Below, piece after piece: positions 16,801-33,100 of a DNA stretch of 64,000 nucleotides. This DNA is from Eledone cirrhosa (Eukaryota). Under the pieces are notes generated by a model. That model saw nothing but the letters and a program-made list of their open reading frames with translations, was not told the origin of the DNA and ran no database searches. Where the stretch lies: the NCBI GenBank assembly GCA_964016885.1, contig OZ024743.1:74648001-74712000 (forward strand), in the 5' to 3' direction. Each line of letters opens with the position of its first letter. The stretch's first letter is position 1. The position numbers and the translations under genes are program-made.

Positions 16801-19800
16801 TGTAGCCATAGACACCACAACACCTATCTGTAGCCATAGACACCACAACACCTATCTGTAGCCATAGACACCACAACACCTATCTGTGACCATAGACACC
16901 ACAACACCTATCTGTAGCCATAGACACCACAACACCTATCTGTAGCCATAGACACCACAACACCTATATGTAGCCATAGACACCACAACACCTATATGTA
17001 GCCATAGACACCACAATACCTATCTGTAGCCATAGACACCACAACACCTATATGTAGCCATAGACACCACAACACCTATCTGTAGCCATAGATACCACAA
17101 CCCCTATATGTAGCCATAGACAACACAACACCTATCTGTAGCCATAGACGCCACAACACCTATCTGTGACCATAGACACCACAACACCTATCTGTAGCCA
17201 TAGACACCACAACACCTATCTGTAGCCATAGACACCACAACACCTATCTGTAGCCATAGACACCACAACACCTATCTGTGACCATAGACACCACAACACC
17301 TATCTGTGACCATAGATACCACAACACCTATCTGTAGCCATAGACACCACAACACCTATCTGTGACCATAGACACCACAACACCTATATGTAGCCATAGA
17401 CACCACAACACCTATCTGTGACCATAGACACCACAACACCTATCTGTAGCCTTAGACACCACAACACCTATCTGTGACCATAGACACCACAACACCTATC
17501 TGTGACCATAGACACCACAACACCTATCTGTGACCATAGACACCACAACACCTATCTCTAGCCATAGACACCACAACACCTATCTGTGACCATAGACACC
17601 ACAACACCTATCTGTGACCATAGACACCACAACACCTATCTGTAGCCATAGACACCACAACACCTATCTGTAGCCATAGATACCCCAACACCTATCTGTA
17701 GCCATAGACACCACAACACCTATCTGTGACCATAGACACCACAACACCTATCTGTGACCATAGACACCACAACACCTATCTGTGACCATAGACACCACAA
17801 CACCTATATGTAGCCATAGACACCACAATACCTATCTGTAGCCATAGACACCACAACACCTATCTGTGACCATAGACACCACAACACCTATCTGCAGCCA
17901 TAGACACCACAACACCTATATGTAGCCATAGACACCACAACACCTATCTGTGACCATAGACACCACAACACCTATCTGTGACCATAGACACCACAACACC
18001 TATATGTAGCCATAGACACCACAACACCTATCTGTAGCCATAGACACCACAACACCTATCTGTAGCCATAGACACCACAACACCTATATGTAGCCATAGA
18101 CACCACAACACCTATGTGTGCCCATAGACACCACAACACCTATTTGTGACCATAGACACCACAACACCTATCTGTGACCATAGACACCACAACACCTATC
18201 TGTGACCATAGATACCACAACACCTATCTGTAGCCATAGACACTACAACACCTATCTGTGACCATAGACACCACAACACCTATCTGTGACCATAGACACC
18301 ACAACACCTATCTGTAGCCATAGACACCACAACACCTATCTGTGACCATAGACACCACAACACCTATCTGTGACCATAGACACCACAACACCTATCTGTA
18401 GCCATAGACACCACAACACCTATCTGTGACCATAGACACCACAACACCTATCTGTGACCATAGACACCACAACACCTATCTGTGACCATAGACACCACAA
18501 CACCTATATGTAGCCATAGACACCACAACACCTATCTGTAGCCATAGACACCACAACACCTATCTGTGACCATAGACACCACAACACCTATCTGTGACCA
18601 TAGACACCACAACACCTATCTGTGACCATAGACACCACAACACCTATCTGTAGCCATAGACACCACAACACGTATCTGTGACCATAGACACCACAACACC
18701 TATCTGTAGCCATAGACACCACAACACCTATCTGTGACCATAGACACCACAACACCTATCTGTAGCCATAGACACCACAACACGTATCTGTAGCCATAGA
18801 CACCACAACACCTATCTGTGACCATAGATACCACAACACCTGTCTGTAGCCATAGACACCACAACACCTATCTGTGACCATAGACACCACAATACCTATC
18901 TGTGACCATAGATACCACAACACCTATCTGTAGCCATAGACACCACAACACCTATCTGTGACCATAGATACCACAACACCTGTCTGTAGCCATAGACACC
19001 ACAACACCTATCTGTAGCCATAGACACCACAACACCTATCTGTAGCCATAGACACCACAACACCTATATGTAGCCATAGACACAACAACACGTATCTGTG
19101 ACCATAGACACCACAACACGTATCTGTGACCATAGACACCACAACACCTAGCTGTAGCCATAGACACCACAACACCTATCTGTGACCATAGATACCACAA
19201 CACCTATCTGTGACCATAGACACCACAACACCTATCTGTAGCCATAGACACCACAACACCTATCTGTAGCCATAGATACCACAACACCTATATGTAGCCA
19301 TAGACACCACAACACCTATCTGTAGCCATAGACACCACAACACCTATCTGTAGCCATAGACACCACAACACCTATCTGTAGCCATAGACCCCACAACACC
19401 TATCTGTAGCCATAGACACCACAACACCTATCTGTAGCCATAGACACCACAACACCTATCTGTGACCATAGACACCACAACACCTATCTGTGACCATAGA
19501 CAACACAACACCTATCTGTGACAATAGACACCACAACACCTATATGTAGCCATAGACACCACAACACCTATCTGTGACCATAGACACCACAACACCTATC
19601 TGTGACCATAGACACCACAACACCTATCTGTGACCATAGACACCACAACACCTATATGTAGCCATAGACACCACAACACCTATCTGTAGCCATAGACACC
19701 ACAACACCTATCTGTAGCCATAGACACCACAACACCTATCTGTAGCCATAGACACCACAACACCTATCTGTAGCCATGGATACCACAACACCTATCTGTA

Positions 19801-22800
19801 GCCATAGACACCACAACACCTATCTGTAGCCATAGATACCACAACACCTATCTGTAGCCATAGACACCACAACACCTATCTGTAGCCATAGACACCACAA
19901 CACCTATATGTAGCCATAGACACCACAACACCTATCTGTGACCATAGACACCACAACACCTATCTGTGACCATAGACACCACAACACCTATCTGTGACCA
20001 TAGACACCACAACACCTATCTGTGACCATAGACACCACAACACCTATATGTAGCCATAGACACCACAATACCTATCTGTAGCCATAGACACCACAACACC
20101 TATCTGTAGCCATAGACACCACAACACCTATCTGTGACCATAGACACCACAACACCTATCTGTGACCATAGACACCACAACACCTATATGTAGCCATAGA
20201 CACCACAACACCTATCTGTAGCCATAGACACCACAACACCTATCTGTGACCATAGACACCACAACACCTATCTGTGACCATAGACACCACAACACCTATC
20301 TGTGACCATAGACACCACAACACCTATCTGTAGCCATAGACACCACAACACGTATCTGTGACCATAGACACCACAACACCTATCTGTAGCCATAGACACC
20401 ACAACACCTATCTGTGACCATAGACACCACAACACCTATCTGTAGCCATAGACACCACAACACGTATCTGTAGCCATAGACACCACAACACCTATCTGTG
20501 ACCATAGATACCACAACACCTGTCTGTAGCCATAGACACCACAACACCTATCTGTGACCATAGACACCACAATACCTATCTGTGACCATAGATACCACAA
20601 CACCTATCTGTAGCCATAGACACCACAACACCTATCTGTGACCATAGATACCACAACACCTGTCTGTAGCCATAGACACCACAACACCTATCTGTAGCCA
20701 TAGACACCACAACACCTATCTGTAGCCATAGACACCACAACACCTATATGTAGCCATAGACACCACAACACGTATCTGTGACCATAGACACCACAACACC
20801 TATCTGTGACCATAGACACCACAACACCTATCTGTAGCCATAGACACCACAACACCTATCTGTGACCATAGATACCACAACACCTATCTGTGACCATAGA
20901 CACCACAACACCTATCTGTAGCCACAGACACCACAACACCTATCTGTGACCATAGATACCACAACACCTATCTGTGACCATAGACACCACAACACCTATC
21001 TGTAGCCATAGACACCACAACACCTATCTGTAGCCATAGACACCACAACACCTATCTGTAGCCATAGACACCACAACACCTATATGTAGCCATAGACACC
21101 ACAACGCCTATCTGTGACCATAGACACCACAACACCAATTTGTGACCATAGACACCACAACACCTATCTGTGACCATAGACACCACAACACCTATCTGTA
21201 GCCATAGACACCACAACACCTATCTGTAGCCATAGACACCACAACACCTATATGTAGCCATAGACACCACAACACGTATCTGTGACCATAGACACCACAA
21301 CACCTATCTGTGAACATAGACACCACAACACCTATCTGTAGCCATAGACACCACAACACCTATATGTAGCCATAGACACCACAACACCTATCTGTGACCA
21401 TAGACACCACAACACCTATCTGTGACCATAGACACCACAACACCTATATGTAGCCATAGACACCACAACACCTATCTGTAGCCATAGACACCACAACACC
21501 TATCTGTAGCCATAGACACCACAACACCTATATGTAGCCATAGACACCACAACACCTATCTGTAGCCATAGACACCACAACACCTATCTGTGACCATAGA
21601 CACCACAACACCTATCTGTAGCCATAGACACCACAACACCTATCTGTAGCCATAGACACCACAACACCTATATGTAGCCATAGACACCACAACACGTATC
21701 TGTGACCATAGACACCACAACACCTATCTGTGAACATAGACACCACAACACCTATCTGTAGCCATAGACACCACAACACCTATATGTAGCCATAGACACC
21801 ACAACACCTATCTGTGACCATAGACACCACAACACCTATCTGTGACCATAGACACCACAACACCTATATGTAGCCATAGACACCACAACACCTATCTGTA
21901 GCCATAGACACCACAACACCTATCTGTAGCCATAGACACCACAACACCTATATGTAGCCATAGACACCACAACACCTATCTGTAGCCATAGACACCACAA
22001 CACCTATCTGTGACCATAGACACCACAACACCTATCTGTAGCCATAGACACCACAACACCTATCTGTAGCCATAGACACCACAACACCTATATGTAGCCA
22101 TAGACACCACAACACCTATCTGTGACCATAGACACCACAACACCTATTTGTGACCATAGACACCACAACACCTATCTGTGACCATAGACACCACAACACC
22201 TATCTGTAGCCATAGACACCACAACACCTATCTGTAGCCATAGACACCACAACACCTATCTGTAGCCATAGACACCACAACACCTATCTGTAGCCATAGA
22301 CACCACAACACCTATCTGTGACCATAGACACCACAACACCTATCTGTAGCCATAGACACCACAACACCTATCTGTAGCCATAGACACCACAACACCTATA
22401 TGTAGCCATAGACACCACAACACCTATATGTAGCCATAGACACCACAATACCTATCTGTAGCCATAGACACCACAACACCTATATGTAGCCATAGACACC
22501 ACAACACCTATCTGTAGCCATAGATACCACAACCCCTATATGTAGCCATAGACAACACAACACCTATCTGTAGCCATAGACGCCACAACACCTATCTGTG
22601 ACCATAGACACCACAACACCTATCTGTAGCCATAGACACCACAACACCTATCTGTAGCCATAGACACCACAACACCTATCTGTAGCCATAGACACCACAA
22701 CACCTATCTGTGACCATAGACACCACAACACCTATCTGTGACCATAGATACCACAACACCTATCTGTAGCCATAGACACCACAACACCTATCTGTGACCA

Positions 22801-25800
22801 TAGACACCACAACACCTATATGTAGCCATAGACACCACAACACCTATCTGTGACCATAGACACCACAACACCTATCTGTAGCCTTAGACACCACAACACC
22901 TATCTGTGACCATAGACACCACAACACCTATCTGTGACCATAGACACCACAACACCTATCTGTGACCATAGACACCACAACACCTATCTCTAGCCATAGA
23001 CACCACAACACCTATCTGTGACCATAGACACCACAACACCTATCTGTGACCATAGACACCACAACACCTATCTGTAGCCATAGACACCACAACACCTATC
23101 TGTAGCCATAGATACCCCAACACCTATCTGTAGCCATAGACACCACAACACCTATCTGTGACCATAGACACCACAACACCTATCTGTGACCATAGACACC
23201 ACAACACCTATCTGTGACCATAGACACCACAACACCTATATGTAGCCATAGACACCACAATACCTATCTGTAGCCATAGACACCACAACACCTATCTGTG
23301 ACCATAGACACCACAACACCTATCTGCAGCCATAGACACCACAACACCTATATGTAGCCATAGACACCACAACACCTATCTGTGACCATAGACACCACAA
23401 CACCTATCTGTGACCATAGACACCACAACACCTATATGTAGCCATAGACACCACAACACCTATCTGTAGCCATAGACACCACAACACCTATCTGTAGCCA
23501 TAGACACCACAACACCTATATGTAGCCATAGACACCACAACACCTATGTGTGCCCATAGACACCACAACACCTATTTGTGACCATAGACACCACAACACC
23601 TATCTGTGACCATAGACACCACAACACCTATCTGTGACCATAGATACCACAACACCTATCTGTAGCCATAGACACTACAACACCTATCTGTGACCATAGA
23701 CACCACAACACCTATCTGTGACCATAGACACCACAACACCTATCTGTAGCCATAGACACCACAACACCTATCTGTGACCATAGACACCACAACACCTATC
23801 TGTGACCATAGACACCACAACACCTATCTGTAGCCATAGACACCACAACACCTATCTGTGACCATAGACACCACAACACCTATCTGTGACCATAGACACC
23901 ACAACACCTATCTGTGACCATAGACACCACAACACCTATATGTAGCCATAGACACCACAACACCTATCTGTAGCCATAGACACCACAACACCTATCTGTG
24001 ACCATAGACACCACAACACCTATCTGTGACCATAGACACCACAACACCTATCTGTGACCATAGACACCACAACACCTATCTGTAGCCATAGACACCACAA
24101 CACGTATCTGTGACCATAGACACCACAACACCTATCTGTAGCCATAGACACCACAACACCTATCTGTGACCATAGACACCACAACACCTATCTGTAGCCA
24201 TAGACACCACAACACGTATCTGTAGCCATAGACACCACAACACCTATCTCTGACCATAGATACCACAACACCTGTCTGTAGCCATAGACACCACAACACC
24301 TATCTGTGACCATAGACACCACAATACCTATCTGTGACCATAGATACCACAACACCTATCTGTAGCCATAGACACCACAACACCTATCTGTGACCATAGA
24401 TACCACAACACCTGTCTGTAGCCATAGACACCACAACACCTATCTGTAGCCATAGACACCACAACACCTATCTGTAGCCATAGACACCACAACACCTATA
24501 TGTAGCCATAGACACAACAACACGTATCTGTGACCATAGACACCACAACACGTATCTGTGACCATAGACACCACAACACCTAGCTGTAGCCATAGACACC
24601 ACAACACCTATCTGTGACCATAGATACCACAACACCTATCTGTGACCATAGACACCACAACACCTATCTGTAGCCATAGACACCACAACACCTATCTGTA
24701 GCCATAGATACCACAACACCTATATGTAGCCATAGACACCACAACACCTATCTGTAGCCATAGACACCACAACACCTATCTGTAGCCATAGACACCACAA
24801 CACCTATCTGTAGCCATAGACCCCACAACACCTATCTGTAGCCATAGACACCACAACACCTATCTGTAGCCATAGACACCACAACACCTATCTGTGACCA
24901 TAGACACCACAACACCTATCTGTGACCATAGACAACACAACACCTATCTGTGACAATAGACACCACAACACCTATATGTAGCCATAGACACCACAACACC
25001 TATCTGTGACCATAGACACCACAACACCTATCTGTGACCATAGACACCACAACACCTATCTGTGACCATAGACACCACAACACCTATATGTAGCCATAGA
25101 CACCACAACACCTATCTGTAGCCATAGACACCACAACACCTATCTGTAGCCATAGACACCACAACACCTATCTGTAGCCATAGACACCACAACACCTATC
25201 TGTAGCCATGGATACCACAACACCTATCTGTAGCCATAGACACCACAACACCTATCTGTAGCCATAGATACCACAACACCTATCTGTAGCCATAGACACC
25301 ACAACACCTATCTGTAGCCATAGACACCACAACACCTATATGTAGCCATAGACACCACAACACCTATCTGTGACCATAGACACCACAACACCTATCTGTG
25401 ACCATAGACACCACAACACCTATCTGTGACCATAGACACCACAACACCTATCTGTGACCATAGACACCACAACACCTATATGTAGCCATAGACACCACAA
25501 TACCTATCTGTAGCCATAGACACCACAACACCTATCTGTAGCCATAGACACCACAACACCTATCTGTGACCATAGACACCACAACACCTATCTGTGACCA
25601 TAGACACCACAACACCTATATGTAGCCATAGACACCACAACACCTATCTGTAGCCATAGACACCACAACACCTATCTGTGACCATAGACACCACAACACC
25701 TATCTGTGACCATAGACACCACAACACCTATCTGTGACCATAGACACCACAACACCTATCTGTAGCCATAGACACCACAACACGTATCTGTGACCATAGA

Positions 25801-27100
25801 CACCACAACACCTATCTGTAGCCATAGACACCACAACACCTATCTGTGACCATAGACACCACAACACCTATCTGTAGCCATAGACACCACAACACGTATC
25901 TGTAGCCATAGACACCACAACACCTATCTGTGACCATAGACACCACAATACCTATCTGTGACCATAGATACCACAACACCTATCTGTAGCCATAGACACC
26001 ACAACACCTATCTGTGACCATAGATACCACAACACCTGTCTGTAGCCATAGACACCACAACACCTATCTGTAGCCATAGACACCACAACACCTATCTGTA
26101 GCCATAGACACCACAACACCTATATGTAGCCATAGACACCACAACACGTATCTGTGACCATAGACACCACAACACCTATCTGTGACCATAGACACCACAA
26201 CACCTATCTGTAGCCATAGACACCACAACACCTATCTGTGACCATAGATACCACAACACCTATCTGTGACCATAGACACCACAACACCTATCTGTAGCCA
26301 CAGACACCACAACACCTATCTGTGACCATAGATACCACAACACCTATCTGTGACCATAGACACCACAACACCTATCTGTAGCCATAGACACCACAACACC
26401 TATCTGTAGCCATAGACACCACAACACCTATCTGTAGCCATAGACACCACAACACCTATATGTAGCCATAGACACCACAACACCTATCTGTGACCATAGA
26501 CACCACAACACCAATTTGTGACCATAGACACCACAACACCTATCTGTGACCATAGACACCACAACACCTATCTGTAGCCATAGACACCACAACACCTATC
26601 TGTAGCCATAGACACCACAACACCTATATGTAGCCATAGACACCACAACACGTATCTGTGACCATAGACACCACAACACCTATCTGTGAACATAGACACC
26701 ACAACACCTATCTGTAGCCATAGACACCACAACACCTATATGTAGCCATAGACACCACAACACCTATCTGTGACCATAGACACCACAACACCTATCTGTG
26801 ACCATAGACACCACAACACCTATATGTAGCCATAGACACCACAACACCTATCTGTAGCCATAGACACCACAACACCTATCTGTAGCCATAGACACCACAA
26901 CACCTATATGTAGCCATAGACACCACAACACCTATCTGTAGCCATAGACACCACAACACCTATCTGTGACCATAGACACCACAACACCTATCTGTAGCCA
27001 TAGACACCACAACACCTATCTGTAGCCATAGACACCACAACACCTATATGTAGCCATAGACACCACAACACCTATCTGTGACCATAGACACCACAACACC
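16800..27100. repeat. Higher-order duplication, about 5.43 kb (194 units, later 192), 2 copies; boundaries approximate
   Basis: Offset 5432: gacgcc 17150/22582, gcctta 17452/22884, CTGCAG 17892/23324, tagctg 19151/24583, CCATGG 19774/25206. The offset drops to 5376 for gccaca 20925/26301, implying a 2-unit loss near 25.9 kb. Confidence 0.92.
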
Positions 27101-30100
27101 TATTTGTGACCATAGACACCACAACACCTATCTGTGACCATAGACACCACAACACCTATCTGTAGCCATAGACACCACAACACCTATCTGTAGCCATAGA
27201 CACCACAACACCTATATGTAGCCATAGACACCACAACACGTATCTGTGACCATAGACACCACAACACCTATCTGTGAACATAGACACCACAACACCTATC
27301 TGTAGCCATAGACACCACAACACCTATATGTAGCCATAGACACCACAACACCTATCTGTGACCATAGACACCACAACACCTATCTGTGACCATAGACACC
27401 ACAACACCTATATGTAGCCATAGACACCACAACACCTATCTGTAGCCATAGACACCACAACACCTATCTGTAGCCATAGACACCACAACACCTATATGTA
27501 GCCATAGACACCACGACACCTATCTGTGCCCATAGACACCACAACACCTATTTGTGACCATAGACACCACAACACCTATCTGTGACCATAGACACCACAA
27601 CACCTATCTGTGACCATAGATACCACAACACCTATCTGTAGCCATAGACACTACAACACCTATCTGCGACCATAGACACCACAACACCTATCTGTGACCA
27701 TAGACACCACAACACCTATCTGTAGCCATAGACACCACAACACCTATCTGTGACCATAGACACCACAACACCTATCTGTGACCATAGACACCACAACACC
27801 TATCTGTAGCCATAGACACCACAACACCTATCTGTGACCATAGACACCACAACACCTATCTGTGACCATAGACACCACAACACCTATCTGTGACCATAGA
27901 TACCACAACACCTATCTGTAGCCATAGACACCACAACACCTATCTGTGACCATAGACACCACAACACCTATATGTAGCCATAGACACCACAACACCTATC
28001 TGTGACCATAGACACCACAACACATATCTGTAGCCATAGACACCACAACACCTATCTGTGACCATAGACACCACAACACCTATCTGTGACCATAGACACC
28101 ACAACACCTATCTGTAGCCATAGACACCACAACACCTATCTGTGACCATAGACACCACAACACCTATCTGTGACCATAGACACCACAACACCTATCTGTA
28201 GCCATAGACACCACAACACCTATCTGTAGCCATAGACACCACAACACCTATCTGTGACCATAGACACCACAACACCTATCTGTGACCATAGACACCACAA
28301 CACCTATCTGTAGCCATAGACACCACAACACCTATCTGTAGCCATGGACACCACAACACCTATCTGTAGCCATAGACACCACAACACCTATATGTAGCCA
28401 TAGACACCACAATACCTATCTGTAGCCATAGACACCACAACACCTATATGTAGCCATAGACACCACAACACCTATCTGTAGCCATAGATACCACAACCCC
28501 TATATGTAGCCATAGACAACACAACACCTATCTGTAGCCATAGACGCCACAACACCTATCTGTGACCATAGACACCACAACACCTATCTGTAGCCATAGA
28601 CACCACAACACCTATCTGTAGCCATAGACACCACAACACCTATCTGTAGCCATAGACACCACAACACCTATCTGTGACCATAGACACCACAACACCTATC
28701 TGTGACCATAGACACCACAACACCTATCTGTGACCATAGATACCACAACACCTATCTGTAGCCATAGACACCACAACACCTATCTGTGACCATAGACACC
28801 ACAACACCTATATGTAGCCATAGACACCACAACACCTATCTGTGACCATATACACCACAACACCTATCTGTAGCCATAGACACCACAACACCTATCTGTG
28901 ACCATAGACACCACAACACCTATCTGTGACCATAGACACCACAACACCTATCTGTGACCATAGACACCACAACACCTATCTCTAGCCATAGACACCACAA
29001 CAACTATCTGTGACCATAGACACCACAACACCTATCTGTGACCATAGACACCACAACACCTATCTGTAGCCATAGACACCACAACACCTATCTGTAGCCA
29101 TAGATACCACAACACCTATCTGTAGCCATAGACACCACAACACCTATCTGTAGCCATAGATACCACAACACCTATATGTAGCCATAGACACCACAACACC
29201 TATCTGTAGCCATAGACACCACAACACCTATCTGTAGCCATAGACACCACAACACCTATCTGTAGCCATAGACACCACAACACCTATCTGTGACCATAGA
29301 CACCACAACACCTATCTGTGACCATAGACACCACAACACCTATCTGTGACTATAGACACCACAACACCTATATGTAGCCATAGACACCACAATACCTATC
29401 TGTAGCCATAGACACCACAACACCTACCTGTGACCATAGACACCACAACACCTATCTGTAGCCATAGACACCACAACACCTATCTGTGACCATAGACACC
29501 ACAACACCTATCTGTGACCATAGACACCACAACACCTATCTGTGACCATAGACACCACAACACCTATATGTAGCCATAGACACCACAACACCTATCTGTA
29601 GCCATAGACACCACAACACCTATCTGTAGCCATAGACACCACAACACCTATCTGTAGCCATAGACACCACAACACCTATCTGTAGCCATAGATACCACAA
29701 CACCTATCTGTAGCCATAGACACCACAACACCTATCTGTAGCCATAGATACCACAACACCTATCTGTAGCCATAGACACCACAACACCTATCTGTAGCCA
29801 TAGACACCACAACACCTATATGTAGCCATAGACACCACAACACCTATCTGTGACCATAGACACCACAACACCTATCTGTGACCATAGACACCACAACACC
29901 TATCTGTGACCATAGACACCACAACACCTATATGTAGCCATAGACACCACAATACCAATCTGTAGCCATAGACACCACAACACCTATCTGTGACCATAGA
30001 CACCACAACACCTATCTGTAGCCATAGACACCACAACACCTATCTGTGACCATAGACACCACAATACATATCTGTGACCATAGACACCACAACACCTATA

Positions 30101-33100
30101 TGTAGCCATAGACACCACAACACCTATCTGTAGCCATAGACACCACAACACCTATCTGTGACCATAGACACCACAACACCTATCTATGACCATAGACACC
30201 ACAACACCTATCTGTGACCATAGACACCACAACACCTATCTGTAGCCATAGACACCACAACACGTATCTGTGACCATAGACACCACAACACCTATCTGTA
30301 GCCATAGACACCACAACACCTATCTGTGACCATAGACACCACAACACCTATCTGTAGCCATAGACACCACAACACGTATCTGTAGCCATAGACACCACAA
30401 CACCTATCTGTGACCATAGATACCACAACACCTGTCTGTAGCCATAGACACCACAACACCTATCTGTGACCATAGATACCACAACACCTGTCTGTAGCCA
30501 TAGACACCACAACACCTATCTGTAGCCATAGACACCACAACACCTATCTGTAGCCATAGACACCACAACACCTATATGTAGCCATAGACACCACAACACG
30601 TATCTGTGACCATAGACACCACAACACCTATCTGTGACCATAGACACCACAACACCTATCTGTAGCCATAGACACCACAACACCTATCTGTGACCATAGA
30701 TACCACAACACCTATCTGTGACCATAGACACCACAACACCTATCTGTAGCCATAGACACCACAACACCTATCTGTGACCATAGATACCACAACACCTATC
30801 TGTGACCATAGACACCACAACACCTATCTGTAGCCATAGACACCACAACACCTATCTGTAGCCATAGACACCACAACACCTATCTGTAGCCATAGACACC
30901 ACAACACCTATATGTAGCCATAGACACCACAACACCTATCTGTGACCATAGACACCACAACACCAATTTGTGACCATAGACACCACAACACCTATCTGTG
31001 ACCATAGACACCACAACACCTATCTGTAGCCATAGACACCACAACACCTATCTGTAGCCATAGACACCACAACACCTATATGTAGCCATAGACACCACAA
31101 CACGTATCTGTGACCATAGACACCACAACACCTATCTGTGAACATAGACACCACAACACCTATCTGTAGCCATAGACACCACAACACCTATATGTAGCCA
31201 TAGACACCACAACACCTATCTGTGACCATAGACACCACAACACCTATCTGTGACCATAGACACCACAACACCTATATGTAGCCATAGACACCACAACACC
31301 TATCTGTAGCCATAGACACCACAACACCTATCTGTAGCCATAGACACCACAACACCTATATGTAGCCATAGACACCACAACACCTATCTGTAGCCATAGA
31401 CACCACAACACCTATCTGTGACCATAGACACCACAACACCTATCTGTAGCCATAGACACCACAACACCTATCTGTAGCCATAGACACCACAACACCTATA
31501 TGTAGCCATAGACACCACAACACCTATCTGTGACCATAGACACCACAACACCTATTTGTGACCATAGACACCACAACACCTATCTGTGACCATAGACACC
31601 ACAACACCTATCTGTAGCCATAGACACCACAACACCTATCTGTAGCCATAGACACCACAACACCTATATGTAGCCATAGACACCACAACACGTATCTGTG
31701 ACCATAGACACCACAACACCTATCTGTGAACATAGACACCACAACACCTATCTGTAGCCATAGACACCACAACACCTATATGTAGCCATAGACACCACAA
31801 CACCTATCTGTGACCATAGACACCACAACACCTATCTGTGACCATAGACACCACAACACCTATATGTAGCCATAGACACCACAACACCTATCTGTAGCCA
31901 TAGACACCACAACACCTATCTGTAGCCATAGACACCACAACACCTATATGTAGCCATAGACACCACAACACCTATCTGTGCCCATAGACACCACAACACC
32001 TATTTGTGACCATAGACACCACAACACCTATCTGTGACCATAGACACCACAACACCTATCTGTGACCATAGATACCACAACACCTATCTGTAGCCATAGA
32101 CACTACAACACCTATCTGCGACCATAGACACCACAACACCTATCTGTGACCATAGACACCACAACACCTATCTGTAGCCATAGACACCACAACACCTATC
32201 TGTGACCATAGACACCACAACACCTATCTGTGACCATAGACACCACAACACCTATCTGTAGCCATAGACACCACAACACCTATCTGTGACCATAGACACC
32301 ACAACACCTATCTGTGACCATAGACACCACAACACCTATCTGTGACCATAGATACCACAACACCTATCTGTAGCCATAGACACCACAACACCTATCTGTG
32401 ACCATAGACACCACAACACCTATATGTAGCCATAGACACCACAACACCTATCTGTGACCATAGACACCACAACACATATCTGTAGCCATAGACACCACAA
32501 CACCTATCTGTGACCATAGACACCACAACACCTATCTGTGACCATAGACACCACAACACCTATCTGTAGCCATAGACACCACAACACCTATCTGTGACCA
32601 TAGACACCACAACACCTATCTGTGACCATAGACACCACAACACCTATCTGTAGCCATAGACACCACAACACCTATCTGTAGCCATAGACACCACAACACC
32701 TATCTGTGACCATAGACACCACAACACCTATCTGTGACCATAGACACCACAACACCTATCTGTAGCCATAGACACCACAACACCTATCTGTAGCCATGGA
32801 CACCACAACACCTATCTGTAGCCATAGACACCACAACACCTATATGTAGCCATAGACACCACAATACCTATCTGTAGCCATAGACACCACAACACCTATA
32901 TGTAGCCATAGACACCACAACACCTATCTGTAGCCATAGATACCACAACCCCTATATGTAGCCATAGACAACACAACACCTATCTGTAGCCATAGACGCC
33001 ACAACACCTATCTGTGACCATAGACACCACAACACCTATCTGTAGCCATAGACACCACAACACCTATCTGTAGCCATAGACACCACAACACCTATCTGTA

